Below, piece by piece: positions 37,701 to 48,674 of a stretch of DNA of 64,000 nt; positions within the stretch are counted from its first letter, which is position 1, and every line of letters starts with the position of its first letter. The DNA is taken from contig NIVC01000506.1 of the NCBI GenBank assembly GCA_002269645.1, forward strand, positions 1-64,000. Reading direction: 5' to 3'. The notes beneath the pieces were generated by a model. The model had not been told where the DNA came from. It ran no database searches and saw only the letters and a list, made by a program, of their open reading frames with translations. A program made the translations under genes and the position numbers. Source of the DNA: Macrostomum lignano. Lineage: Eukaryota.

Positions 37701-40700
37701 AGAGCATCAGGGTCACACGACAACTGCTGACATCAACGCCCAATATCTGCGACAGCGATACTGCGTCACTGGTGGAGCTGCTGAATGACGCACTACGGCC
37801 GGGTCTGATCTAGCAAGAGTTCACATGGAAACTGCATGCAGGCGTTCAAATTTTACCCACCAAGTCGCTTCACTAAGACGTTCGACAAAAGGATATGCAT
37901 TAAAAATACAATCTGTTTCGCAGGTGATTGCTCAGTGTGAGACAGTGAGAGAGCAGTGTGGGGCATGCCGCATGTAAATTTAGCAACCACACTCGGTTTG
38001 CGTGTTTCCCCATAGCAAGGACGTCTCATCAGAGACAGCAGCAGCAGCAGCACCTGAAACAGCCGTGGGCTGTACGTGCGTTCCAGCTGGAGGGCGTATT
38101 TCAAGGTCTGCCAGGTGGAACCGGCGCAGTGAATCTCCAGGAGGTCAACGGTGCAGACCGGCGCAGCGATAAAGTCGCTCACTGCCTCCCTGAATTTAAA
38201 GGCTCAACAGGCCCGCGTGTACTGAGTTGCAAGTGTGCTTGTATGCGCTAGTCTCTAGGGCAACAATCGATATGCCGTATTTACCCTGCGTACCAATCTA
38301 ATCAGCTCTGTGCATTAGCCTACACGTGTATGCAACATCCGCATTCTGTTAGAACGCGTCCGCCAGAGTCCATGCATCTCTAGTGTTTTCAAGCTGGATA
38401 GTCCTGACCACCGCCAGGAAGAGAACGACACAGCCTCGATGGCGTCAGATTTGCACGGCTCGCTGTGGAGCCACTCCGGGTGGCAATCCACCCGAGCACT
38501 GCGGCTTGCAACACGGCCACTCCAGCATGAAAACAAAACACGCTGAACCTGGAGCTGCATCCCACAAAATGTCTGTGTGAAGCTGGATGTTTGGTCTGGC
38601 CCGTACTGCGCTCCAGTGGGGATGAAAAAGTTTTTGTGTTGCTCAGTGCGCAAGCACCTCTCTGCCAGAAACCATGCCAAGATGTCGAGCAAATCGAAAC
38701 TTCGAAAATTTCAAGGATAGGAGCTAAGATTCCAGCAAATTTGGGTGCCAACTTATGTTGTATTCAGAAGAATTACATTAAACAAGGAGACTGGATTCGG
38801 CAACTACACAATACTCCGGGACTAATTCAAGGGGAAAGGATGAAAATGGTGAGCCACCGGCAACTAAAGAAGCTGTTCTTCACTAACCAAGAGAAGTCAT
38901 GAAAGAGAAATAAGAGAAATTATAAACTTGAGTAATCCGAATTTTCACTCCAGTTCCCATGAATGATTGCCGAAAAGTCTGATCGAGTAGGAGCAGGCAC
39001 TCCAAGTTTGGAATTGTGATACCCAACTGATTGGAAAAGATAAAGATCGAACCCACTGTAAGTGAATTTCTGCATTCATTCAACACCTGGCATTCATCTT
39101 AAATAGACTTGCAAACCTGTCACAATAGCATCAACAACAGACATGAGTACATAGGCACCAGCGCAGGGAGAATTCCGGCACTTTACAGGAAGCCTTTGTC
39201 ATAACGTTGAAATTTATTTGTACGACACTTGGATCGAATTAAATTTTAGGGCAGCGCGTATTCACCAATAGCTGGTCAAATCTATGCTAAATTTTAGTTA
39301 CAATCCGTCATAGAAAAACAATGGCTATTATAAGTGACACATAAATGAACCTATCTTTTCAAAAATTAGCTAATTAGGTGATAAGTAGAATCTCAAATTT
39401 CGTAAATTAGCTACCGATTGCAGTCTGATTCAAGACTGATACAAAAAAAGTTAGAGCACACACACCAAAGCATTTCGTAGGGTCCTTAACATGCAAAGCA
39501 GTCACTGAGAACAGTGCAGCTGACAGATAAAAGAACGAGCACTGCACACAGTCTCAGAGTAGATGGAGGCCCGCTAGTGGCGGCGCGCTCCGTTTGCCTC
39601 AGGTCTTTAATGAAGGCCAGGCTCCACGTCTCCTGCACCCGGTACTCCGGCAGGCCGAATAGTCGAGCCTCGGACTTGGTCACTGAAGCGGAACATTCGA
39701 AGGACGCCTTCCACGAGACCCACCAAGCCTCCTCCTTCTTGCTCGTGGCCCGAACTGTCAATGCGCTGCTTGAGTCGGTGCGGTTGCTGCTCAGCGCGAT
39801 GCCCCTGGGGTCGCCGTCCAGCACGGAGATGCCGAAGTTGAGAGGAGAAACGCTGACCCAGTGCTGGCCAGGCTTGAACCTCTCGAGCAGGCGGAACCGG
39901 GGCACCAGCTCGACTGGCTCGATGCCGGAGTAGGTCACCGCGCAGCTCAGCGAGGCCGGCTCCGACTTCGGGTCGAAGTGCAGCGTCTCAGTGCTGACAG
40001 ACTCGGCCGTGAACAAGGGCAGCGAGACTACTGACACGTGGTAGGTGTACTTGATGACCCCAGCAATAATGGTGTACTTTCCAGCGTGCATCTCGGAGGT
40101 CAAGCCGACCAGATCGATGTCGCACGAATTGGGCGACACCGAGAAGAACCTGGAGCACGGAGGTCGGCCAGCACGTCCAGCGTGTTCGGAGAAGGAGCCT
40201 TCATTGCTGCAGTGGCTGCCTTCGAAGCCGACTTTAAATCGCAAATCATCGTTGCAAAACACCGGACACGACAGCGATATGCCGCGAAGGTGGGCGGGCA
40301 GCAGAATCCGCGAGGAAGTTTCGTCCGTAGGCAGGAAGCAGGTATAAGTAAATCTGCTTTTAGATGACGGTGTTGTTTGGATTGGCTCGACTGTTTTCGG
40401 CTCAGGTGTAGTAGTTGTAGTTGCAGTGGTTGTCGTAGCTGGAAGTTCAGTTAAAGGGCGTGTTCTACGACTATTATTCGGTCTAATCCTAGAAAATGTT
40501 TCATATTTGGCAGCCTCTCACCATGTACATACGGCGCTGGTCGGGCTTCCCGCTCAGTTGATTCGACCAATGGGGAGGTGGCACCATAAATGCCGCTCAG
40601 CATCTCAGCATCTCGCTCCTCAAAAGCTGAACCAGGCGGTAAAGCAACCCGGCGACCTCGGGATTTATATTTAGATGGTGTAAAATCAACTGTCTTTACC

Positions 40701-43700
40701 AAGACAAAGGTTGAGAAATAGGGCCAGATCCCGCCTTTGACGGAGATGCTCAGGCAGCTTTCAAAAATGCCTTCACGTTTCCTAAGCTGGTCAAGTATCA
40801 CATTACGCGCCTCAAAAGTATATGTGAAGTGAAGCATGCCATTGTCAGGATTGAGTAAATAGTTCCTGAAGGCTTTGGTAGAGCTGGAGCTAACAGTTTT
40901 ACCCACTCCAGCTGTGGCCACAACAATTCGAGGTTCGCTGGGAACGCTGCAATTCCGGCTGTAGTAGAAGCTCAGGGAAAGCAGGTTGCGCACCATAGGC
41001 TCCGCCTGCTTCAGGACGCTGACGAGCTCACTACTAAGTATTTGGAGGCTGCTGTTCGATATTCTCCATTCAATATTAACAGATGACACTACTTCAACGT
41101 TCTGATGGCGCAGATACTTTCTTCCATTATATGTCGTAAATGCGTGGATTTCTATTTTCCTAGGCCCCCAATATCCTTCTACGATCCTATTAGGTAGCTT
41201 CGACAGCGCGTCAAAGTTGAAGACGAACAGGCTGGCGGACTCGAGCTCGCCCTGGTGAAAACTCAGTCTCAGTCTGAACTCCAGAGTGTGCCTGAGCGCT
41301 TGCTTAAACGGTACCTGGTTCTCCTGCGACAGAGTCAGGCGGTACATCGCATGGCTCACTCGCTCCAGCGTGAACGGCCTCAGTGGCCTGCAGTGTGTGC
41401 TACTCGGCACACCGGCATCCAGCAGAGCCTCATTGAACTTGGAGTCCGTGGACGAACACTTGAAGAGCAGTCGGACTGACTGCAGGCTCGCGTTGGCCCC
41501 CCTCGGGTCGGTGCGAAAATTGAGCGGCTGTCCCGCCATGAGCACGGAGACTTGCGGAGTGCCGCTGGGTCGCCAGTCCTCGCCAGACGGCAAGTAGTAA
41601 GTGGGCGCTTTGTGCGTCACGGATGGGTGCTGCAGCGCCGGCAGCAGGTCGCTCCTAGAGACAGTATAGGAGACGGCGTCCACGGCTGCTGCACTGATCA
41701 GAGGCAAGCAGACGAACAGGAAACGCAGCTCTGCGCGCATTTCCGAGAGAATTCAGTTTTGTAACTGATCGGATTTAAAAAAAATTAAGTTGTGCTTTTA
41801 GAGATCTGCAAAGTTTTTTAATCGGCTTTTAGCCGCAGCGGTTAGAAATCTCCCCTTGCCATAGAGTGGCTTTTGAGCGGCTGCATCTGATTTGCCTTAA
41901 GTAGCTTGAACAGACGTACTCGTTGTAGGTCACAGTACTCGTAATTGTTGTGTAGTGATTAAAAATATATAGATTTTGTTGAGCAGTACAAGCATTGGAC
42001 TTATAGAATATTAATAGATTATTTTTTAGCTTCTCTTCCTTATATTCTACTGTCAGCAGAGAATCAGATAAATGTACGATGTTTTGTGGCGGTTCAATAA
42101 TACATGTATACTGGTGCGGTCCATAACTCCATTTCAGGTGTGCGCTCAGGTGTCTCCGCTGTTACACTTTACCGTCTCCTGGCCTTAAAGTCTCCTTCCG
42201 GAGCCTGCAAGGCAGCAACCATTCTCCAACCTCGAAATCGCAAATGAGTGATTAAATCAGAAGCCTGAGCAACTGCTCACAATGTATGATTAAACCAATT
42301 CAAAACGGCTAGGACACAACTTCCCAGACGGGAATTGTTCACTGAGTGATTCTAGGGATTTGAGTCATAGGCATTTTCCACTTGGCGCAAGCCAAATGAT
42401 GGCCATAGACTAAACGTCTGGAACGAAAAATTAAGCGGAACAGTCTGAAATTACCATAGACGAAACATGTTAAATGAAGTTGTGGATACTCTGCAGCAGA
42501 GGATACATGTTCCTGTTTCTTCTGTTTGCTCTAACCTCTATTCATGCCACTCATACGAATGATAAGTTGGTCGAATTTGCTGATTGAAAGCATTGACGGC
42601 TTGAATGGAAATGAGGTCAACTTTCTCAGCGACTTGAGTATGGGTGGACGTGACGAGGCGGATGACGAAGAGTTGATGGAGTTCATCCGATTCATTGAAT
42701 GCGGTAACGATGATGCTCTGCCACCACTGCCAAGCAAAGAAGAGGCTTGCCCCGAGGATCCCATCCGGAACAAACCATGCAATTCGGCCGATGTGAGTGT
42801 AACGTCTAAAGACATTTCTTCGGCTGACGTATCCGCAATGGATACTGCTGTGCTGCAGGCTGTTACCGTTTTCGTATGTATACAATCTGTTTATTCAGCT
42901 TTGTTGTATTGAAAAAAAATCCTCGCAAACGCATTGATACAGGAATATACAGATTGCTCATGTGCAAATGGGTATATCCAAATATAACCCGTTGGGTATA
43001 TCCAAAGATGGGGGGCGGCTTGACCATAGACTATTCGCAGATAAGCAATCTGTTGTATTCCTGTTTCAATGCCTGAAAGGCGCGCAAAAATTTGCTTAGT
43101 TCACAATTTCCGTCGACGCAATCGTTTGTGGCCCAAACGAAACTAGACACAATTTGTAAGAATAAATATTTTTCTCAAACTTGGATCAAACTCTCAACCA
43201 CCCCAGCAGTTGCTCAGAAGATTGAAACCATATACATAAAGTGGGTGCGAAAATGCCCTTATTTTATTCAAGGAACAAACAAGGCTTGGAAGTTTCGTCT
43301 ATGGCCAGAGTTAATTCATATCGATGAGAGTCTCTTCTTAGTCACAGATCATTTCCACAAGATGCGAACAATGACTTTTGAGACATTTAGCTTGAGCATT
43401 TCTTTTCTCAGGCTTGACAGTGAGGAGGCGTCGCCGCCCATTCCACTAATTCCCTCCGATCCTTCAGTGCCCTACCCTCCGATCCTTCAGTGCCCTACCC
43501 TCCGATCCTTCAGTGCCCTACCCTCCGATCCTTCAGTGCCCTACCCTCCGATCCTTCAGTTCCCTACCCTCCGATCCTTCAGTGCCCTACCCTCCGATCT
43601 TTCAGTTCACATCGGTATACTGTACTTTGTGTACTCACTACTGAGCACTGAGCAGGTACATGTATAAAGTACTTGTCGCAATGCGGCAGCCATGCGGTTT

Positions 43701-46700
43701 TGGAACATATTTTAAAGAGGGCGATTGGTGGGAGGGCACATTGCACATACATTTTTGTAAATCTAAGGGCTCCCTAATTCCTGATGTTATGTCTGTTTGA
43801 GATGTTGTGACAACCAGGCCAATATTCAATTCTGTGCTGGAAGGCCAACAGTTTGAAAATGCTCGAATTTTCAACTGATTCAAACATTGCGCAACTCGAA
43901 TATGCCCGAATCCTGGGGTTTAGAATCCCAGAATCACACTTGTCCGTATTCTAAATCCTAGGATCACAATTGTCCGGGATTCTAAATCCTAGGATCACAA
44001 TTGTCTGGGATTCTAAATCCTAGGATCACAATTGTCTGGGATTCTAAATCCTAGGATCACAATTGTCCGGGATTCTAAATCCTAGGATCACAATTGTCCG
44101 GGATTCTAAATCCTAGGATCACACTTGTCCGTATTCTAAATCCTAGGATCACAATTGTCCGGGGTTCTAAATCCTAGGATCACAATTGTCCGGGATTCTA
44201 AATCCTAGGATCACAATTGTCTGGGATTCTAAATCCTAGGATCACAATTGTCCGGGATTCTAAATCCTAGGATCACAATTGTCTGGGATTCTAAATCCTA
44301 GGATCACAATTGTCCGGGATTCTAAATCCTAGGATCACAATTGTCCGGGATTCGATAATCCTAGGATCACAATTGTCCGGGATTCGATAATCCTAGGATC
44401 ACAATTGTCCGGGATTCGATAATCCCGGGATTGACCATTGAAGACTTGAAGACAAATCTAATTATTAATCTAAACCTGTAAAGTCTAAAGCAATAGAGGC
44501 CAATTCCTCATTAATTGTTTCCGATCGCAGCGCTTGCTTGCCAGACGGGAGTCAATCATTGTTCATTTGAACTCTCCCTCTATCTCAAACCCAGCTAAAA
44601 TCAGGGGGTCTCGACCTTGCGCAGATCAGCAGCCCCCTATTCGAAAGACCTTATTCTCGGCACTGTCCAGGACACCCTTTAGATGCCCAGCATAGGGGTG
44701 GTGACAAAACTACTTTAAGCAGTCCCTGCCTTGACCATCCTTGACCGTAGTTGGGATTAGAACAGTGGGACCTTGCTATCGGACCACAACCCAATCAAGC
44801 TACCAACTCTCCCCAGGGCGGGTGCCCCCTGGGAGGGTGAGGTCTGATCCTCTTCTACCCTGGCATCAGTACCTCGGGCATTAGCTCTGTAAGCTATCAC
44901 TCCCCAGGTTACATCACAGTCAAGTGTGATTCTCCTGAGCTGATACCGACATGTAAAAGCACGTCTATTACGCCAGCTCGTACACCACACTCCAATTCAG
45001 AGCTCATTGTCAGTTTCTTGTTTGCAAATATTTTGTTCTGTTCTGCTTTACTATTGGAAGGATTTAAAATCAGATTAGATGGCTTCGTACACCAAAATTG
45101 CACCAACAAAGATTAGAAACTTTTTTAATCCCTGGGTCCCAGGATTCCGACGAATTGAGCCGGGATCCCGGGATTGGCAAAGTCCGGGATATCCCGATCC
45201 CAAAATAGCCTTCCCTAGGCAAGACCAATCAGTTAATTTTCTGGATCTCTTGGCTGCCTCCTTCAGTTCCTATTGGCGCTGTCTCTTTATTCTTTTAGCT
45301 GACGGCATTTTAGTGATTTTGGTTGCAGCGCCAGCAGCGGCTAAAGTCTTGGGGATTGCGGCAGACTCGGAATGTCGATCAGAGACGCTAAAGAAAAAGG
45401 GCAAAACACTAAAAGCACTGGGCGTAGGCACATTAGATTAAAAAACTGTAGTGGAATGGGATTGAGAACAACATGAACTATGATTTCTACATACCCCATT
45501 GAGGGTTACGGAGCCTATACTATTTAACCAAGCGGTGATTAGGAGGGGGGCATGAAAAGAAAGGAAGGCTTGTCGCTTGCGGAAGGAAGCACAAGCCATG
45601 TGCAAACCCGTACCCACTGGCCAAGCTGTACATTCATCATTCTTACATGTACATTGATCTCTAGGGTGTGCATAGAGGTGCCCTCTCGCTCCAGCTTGCA
45701 TCCTTGGCTCCCAAGACTTAGAAAAGCCAAAGCCCAAAACCCCAACACACATGTAGGATCATGCTAAAAAGTGCGGGGGGGCTCCAGACCCCCATGCCCC
45801 CAGGGTTACGACACCCCTGCGCATAACGATTTTAAGGCATGTTGTGAACAACGAGTAAACAGTGCTCAATAGTTTATATGATGTATACTCACTCATTTGA
45901 CAAGTGAGCACCGTGTACATCGCACGCTGTAAAAGATATCAATAGCTATCAATGTCTGGAATTTGGGCCAAACGTTTTTGCAATTTCACTCGCCATAATT
46001 AGCTGGCACCATGAAAAAAGGTCGGCATTGAAGTGGCTGCCGCTGCACACCATCTGCAGCTTGTTAGACAAGCTCTGAGCACAGGGCAGGGCGGGACAGT
46101 CGCGGCTCCCCTGCGCTCTGATTCTTACCCTCCGACTGCCGCCTCCAGCTCCGCCCTGGAGTGTTTTAAAGTGTTAATGGAAGCCCCCGACAGTGCTAGG
46201 AGAGGCAGATTGCTGCAGCACAGCCTGTCATGGGCGCTGGAACACAAGCGGTCTGGAGTGGCAGCACCGGAGCCCCAGCTGCTGTTAACAACGACTCGCT
46301 CAGGGCGGAGTGACACTCTGGCGAGTCTCTGAGAGAGGCCGGGCAAGTGGCGGGAGCGGCAGAGCCCCTATACCACTCGAGAGAAGCCTCAGACCCGAGC
46401 CTGACAGCTCAATTCAATGCTTATAAGTCCTGCTCAGCCTCACAGGTTAATTGAAGCGCGCAGTCCAATTGCTTTGTTAAAGCATGATATAGCGAAATAC
46501 AAACAAGCTGATGGTTTTACAGCAAGGTTACAATATTGTCAGTGTCTAATGCCTGTGACCTCCGCTTACCTACCTACCTGTATGTCAGCTCTCCAGCTTC
46601 CAGTTGGGTGATTCTAGGTCAAATAAACCAATCAGGTCGAATCTCGTAAATCATGAACCGCTTTAAATCAACTGTACCATAACCTGTCAAGCAGGTGCTA

Positions 46701-47444
46701 CGCTTGTAGCCTTGGTTATAATGACCCTAACTGTACTTTACACCTTTTTGTCTGAATCATTAAAGCCGTGACTGCATAACCTGACTCACTGTCCACTGCC
46801 TGCATCATCAAAGCCGTGACTATATGCAAATCACCTGACTCACTGTCCACTGCCTGGATCATCAAAGCCGTGACTACATGCAAAACACCTGACTCACTGC
46901 CTGCATCATCAAAGCCGTGACTACATGCAAAACACCTGACTCACTGTCTGCATCATCAAAGCCGTGACTATACATGCAAAACACCTGACTCACTGCCTGC
47001 ATCATCAAAGCCGTGACTACATGCAAAACACCTGACTCACTGTCTGCATCATCAAAGCCGTGACTACATGCAAAACACCTGACTCACTGTCTGCATCATC
47101 AAAGCCGTGACTACATGCAAAACACCTGACTCACTGTCTGCATCATCAAAGCCGTGACTACATGCAAAACACCTGACTCACTGTCTTCAGCCGCAATGCC
47201 GAGTGTGAAGGCTGCATCCCCGCCACCGCCGCCGCCGCCGCAGTTCCAGGTGCGGCCGCTGAACTGGCGGGCGCATTCTCGAATGCCAAGTCGAAGACCG
47301 TCGGTCACCGCCGGCATCAGAGCCAGGTGGCGCCGGCAGAGGCGGGTCTGGCTGCCGGAGAGGCCGGCGACGTTGGCGCACAAATCAGCGACCGGGGCGG
47401 CTTCGCCGAGAGCGGCAGCCCGCCATGAGAGGTGGCCCAGATTC
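25687..47444 (-). CDS. wnt5: Wnt5 ligand; exons found: 47444-47182, 27445-27111, 26166-25687 (signal-peptide exon not located)
   Basis: LC...[10 protein letters not shown]...GIREC..QF..RTWNC, then [43 protein letters not shown] and [15 protein letters not shown], then [25 protein letters not shown]...CCGRG...[15 protein letters not shown].[13 protein letters not shown] and V(F/Y)N.A.VACKCHG are Wnt5-type. Phases agree (A|TG across the 27446-47181 intron; phase 0 across 26167-27110). Confidence 0.88.
26262..27100. repeat. 16-bp minisatellite (CAGGACACCAGTCTGT) filling wnt5 intron 26167-27110
   Basis: Direct reading. Confidence 0.97.
27683..27950 (+). mobile_element. tRNA-derived SINE (family B), copy 2
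   Basis: GTCCGTAGCCCAGTGGTCTAGCGC head, TCGATTCCAAGTGCAGTCAC, and collinear body blocks shared with 17925-18232. Confidence 0.7.
28277..30271 (-). CDS. Unrecognised secreted, probably GPI-anchored surface protein (paralogue 1), single exon, ~660 aa, nested in the wnt5 intron
   Basis: 664-codon open ORF with a signal-peptide-like N-terminus ([19 protein letters not shown]), a furin-type RSKR site, Cys-spaced beta-rich segments (LSCAVTY...FECSASV, Ig-like by inference) and a hydrophobic C-terminal tail ([17 protein letters not shown]). A paralogue lies at 39486-41740. Confidence 0.75.
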   Translation of the reverse strand: MISTNRMRADDLHLTALTCLLACWLLAHRVLSDDDLLPALQHPSVTHKAPTYYLPSSEDWRPSGTPQVSVLMAGQPLNFRTDPRGANASLQSVRLLFKCSSTDSKFNEALLDAGVSSSTHCRPLRPFTLERVSHAMYRLTLSQENQVPFKQALRHTLEFRLRLSFHQGELESASLFVFNFDALGKVSTETVPPGIEYLGFVTPRAFRYLTSRNYAMARWVHYPNMKARSRLDFLHKNVLEVIKQAEPMVRNLLTLTVYYSRSCGAVSQTLPVVVMTSAGAGGTISTNRIKNLINYFLDLDTGVLHGTHRYDRFSWDPVWNVEGGYDVCLNVSVVGELWPYYLTFHIGKTRSILEGLHSHRSKRSISTNHLRTLGLFANTCFLPTDDTSSWILLPAHLRGMSLSCPVFCNDDLRFKVGFEGSHCSNEGSFSEHAGRAGRPPCSRFFSVSPNSCNIDLVGLTSEMHAGKYTIIAGVIKNTYHVSVVSLPLFTAESVSTETLHFDPKSEPASLSCAVTYSGIEPVELVPRFRLLERFKPGQHWVSVSPLNFGISVLDGDPRGIALSSNRTDSSSALTVRATSKKEEAWWVSWKASFECSASVTKSEARLFGLPEYRVQTGWNLVQSKQAEVWRLHSKDAIRQHSPALHLSAILIWMFVIFTRTSWTC
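30757..31860 (-). pseudogene. Decayed Crypton-type (DUF3504-like) tyrosine recombinase
   Basis: LRLRGQE (R-box), [35 protein letters not shown]...LKDSG...IMCITG matches the Crypton pattern N..M..IS..LS..YTNHSLRAT..L..G..IM..TGH. The HxxR Arg is Gln, there is an in-frame TAA at 31048-31050 and a stop/frameshift upstream of 31509. The C-terminal [13 protein letters not shown] is typical of this family. Confidence 0.7.
31892..34297. mobile_element. Non-autonomous CACTA/EnSpm-like or foldback DNA element with inverted subterminal repeat arrays
   Basis: ACGACAG(T) arrays at ~31928-32250 face ACTGTCGT arrays at ~34007-34280. CCACCTTGACCCAC and a CAGAGCTTT(T)ACGAC motif occur inverted in both arms. 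Termini CCCGGTTAAAA and TTTTCAAACGGG are both flanked by AGT (31889-31891, 34298-34300). Confidence 0.55.
34570..35200. mobile_element. Possible non-autonomous Helitron/Helentron-like fragment
   Basis: CATATAAAAATCAAAACTCTGTCTGTGTGTCTGTGTGTG...AAACTGCTCAGCC...CCAAATTTTGCAC resembles the 5' layout of DINE/HINE-like elements. Pattern recognition only; no second copy. Confidence 0.3.
35570..36480. repeat. GA-rich low-complexity tract with a unique tail shared with 60160-61215
   Basis: Degenerate GAGA tract ending in TTCAAAGGATCCAAGGGA...CAGAGGCCAGAGTTTGCCAATACATGTTTTAGA. Confidence 0.8.
37330..37448. repeat. 13-bp tandem repeat (GTGTCACCTGGTC-type unit)
   Basis: Direct reading, about 9 units. 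Confidence 0.9.
39486..41740 (-). CDS. Unrecognised secreted, probably GPI-anchored surface protein (paralogue 2), ~736 aa if a 44-nt intron at 40489-40532 is spliced; nested in the wnt5 intron
   Basis: Signal peptide [22 protein letters not shown]. Two blocks are nearly identical to paralogue 1. RGRR sits at the RSKR-equivalent position. GTATGT...TTTTCTAG (44 nt, phase 2) joins the two listed ORFs through a T/P-rich linker (2211 nt, in frame). Hydrophobic tail [20 protein letters not shown]. Confidence 0.7.
43455..43600. repeat. 23-bp tandem repeat (CCGATCCTTCAGTGCCCTACCCT) x~6
   Basis: Direct reading. Confidence 0.92.
43915..44432. repeat. 31-bp minisatellite (ATTCTAAATCCTAGGATCACAATTGTCCGGG) with internal palindromes
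   Basis: About 16 units; each contains ATCCTAGGAT and ACAATTGT. Confidence 0.95.
46755..47185. repeat. 47-bp minisatellite carrying copies of the wnt5 exon-2 splice donor
   Basis: Unit CATCATCAAAGCCGTGACTACATGCAAAACACCTGACTCACTGTCTG; its reverse complement contains GACA|GTGAGTCAGG, the same as the real junction at 47182/47181. Confidence 0.95.
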
Positions 47445-48082
47445 CTGCGAAATCGGGTTCCAGATGATGACGGAAATTTGCGATTGCAGTACGTGTACCT
47501 AGGTGACTTTTATACATGTATGAGCTGCCTTGCATGTGAGTGTACTATATTACATACAGTTCACGGCTTTACAGGTAGCTTTGCCGTTCAGCAGCTGATC
47601 CCCTTCCTAGCCTAAGAGTGACTCCCCATCAGACTGGTGATCCAGCCACTCACCACCAGGAGCCGGCAGCCAGGGCGCAACCGGACCACAAGAGGCAGCT
47701 TAGGCAGCTGAGCAGTAGGCCGATAAGTGGCAATCTAAGAGTCTGCATTTTGCCGCTGATCCACTTGCTTCAAAATGCGGCAAGGAGAATACCCATAAAG
47801 CGCCGGACGGCTCTGATGCGAGTGGAATACTCGCTTGCTAGCATTGGGTTTTGAATGCCCCTCAGCCATTCGATGGCATCTAGCGCGACCAATGGAGATT
47901 GGGCTGACCGGGCGGTGCAATGCGAACAATGCCATTCAAGTACGGAGCGAAACCACAAGGTTTGCGGCATTCTGTTTCAATATGTTTGTCTTCAAGGCAA
48001 TTTTTCAGGCCTTAAGGCAAATTTCTGGTATCTTCTAGCACAGGTGTGCATTGGGTTTAGGACATTGAAACAATTGTGGCCT

Positions 48083-48674
48083 ATTTACCCTGAGACATGC
48101 AGGTGATTTACCCTGAGACTTGCAGGTGATTTACCCTGAGACATGCGGGTGATTTACCCTGAGACATGCAGATGATTCACCCTGAGACATGCAGATGATT
48201 TACCCTGAGACATGCAGATGATTTACCCTGAGACATGCAGGTGATTTACCCTGAGACATGCAGATGATTCACCCTGAGACATGCAGATGATTCACCCTGA
48301 GACATGCAGATGATTCACCCTGAGACATGCAGATGATTCACCCTGAGACATGCAGATGATTCACCCTGAGACATGCAGATGATTCACCCTGAGACATGCA
48401 GATGATTCACCCTGAGACATGCAGATGATTTACCCTGAGACTTGCAGGTGATTTACCCTGAGACATGCAGATGATTCACCCTGAGACATGCAGATGATTC
48501 ACCCTGAGACATGCAGATGATTCACCCTGAGACATGCAGATGATTCACCCTGAGACATGCAGGTGATTTACCCTGAGACATGCAGATGATTCACCCTGAT
48601 ACATGCAGATGATTTACCCTGAGACATGCAGATGATTCACCCTGAGACATGCAGATGATTTACCCTGAGACATG
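48083..48674. repeat. 23-bp satellite (TTTACCCTGAGACATGCAGATGA), left arm flanking the gypsy element
   Basis: Direct reading; the same unit resumes at 53785-54689. Confidence 0.97.

Noticed and set aside
37544-38751. Short ORFs around 37.5-38.7 kb
   Set aside because: No recognisable motif, splice structure or second copy; they may be TE debris but cannot be supported.
42544-43667. Acidic 122-aa ORF and 191-aa ORF
   Set aside because: No domain signature; the second ORF runs into a 23-bp repeat, so there is not enough evidence for a gene.
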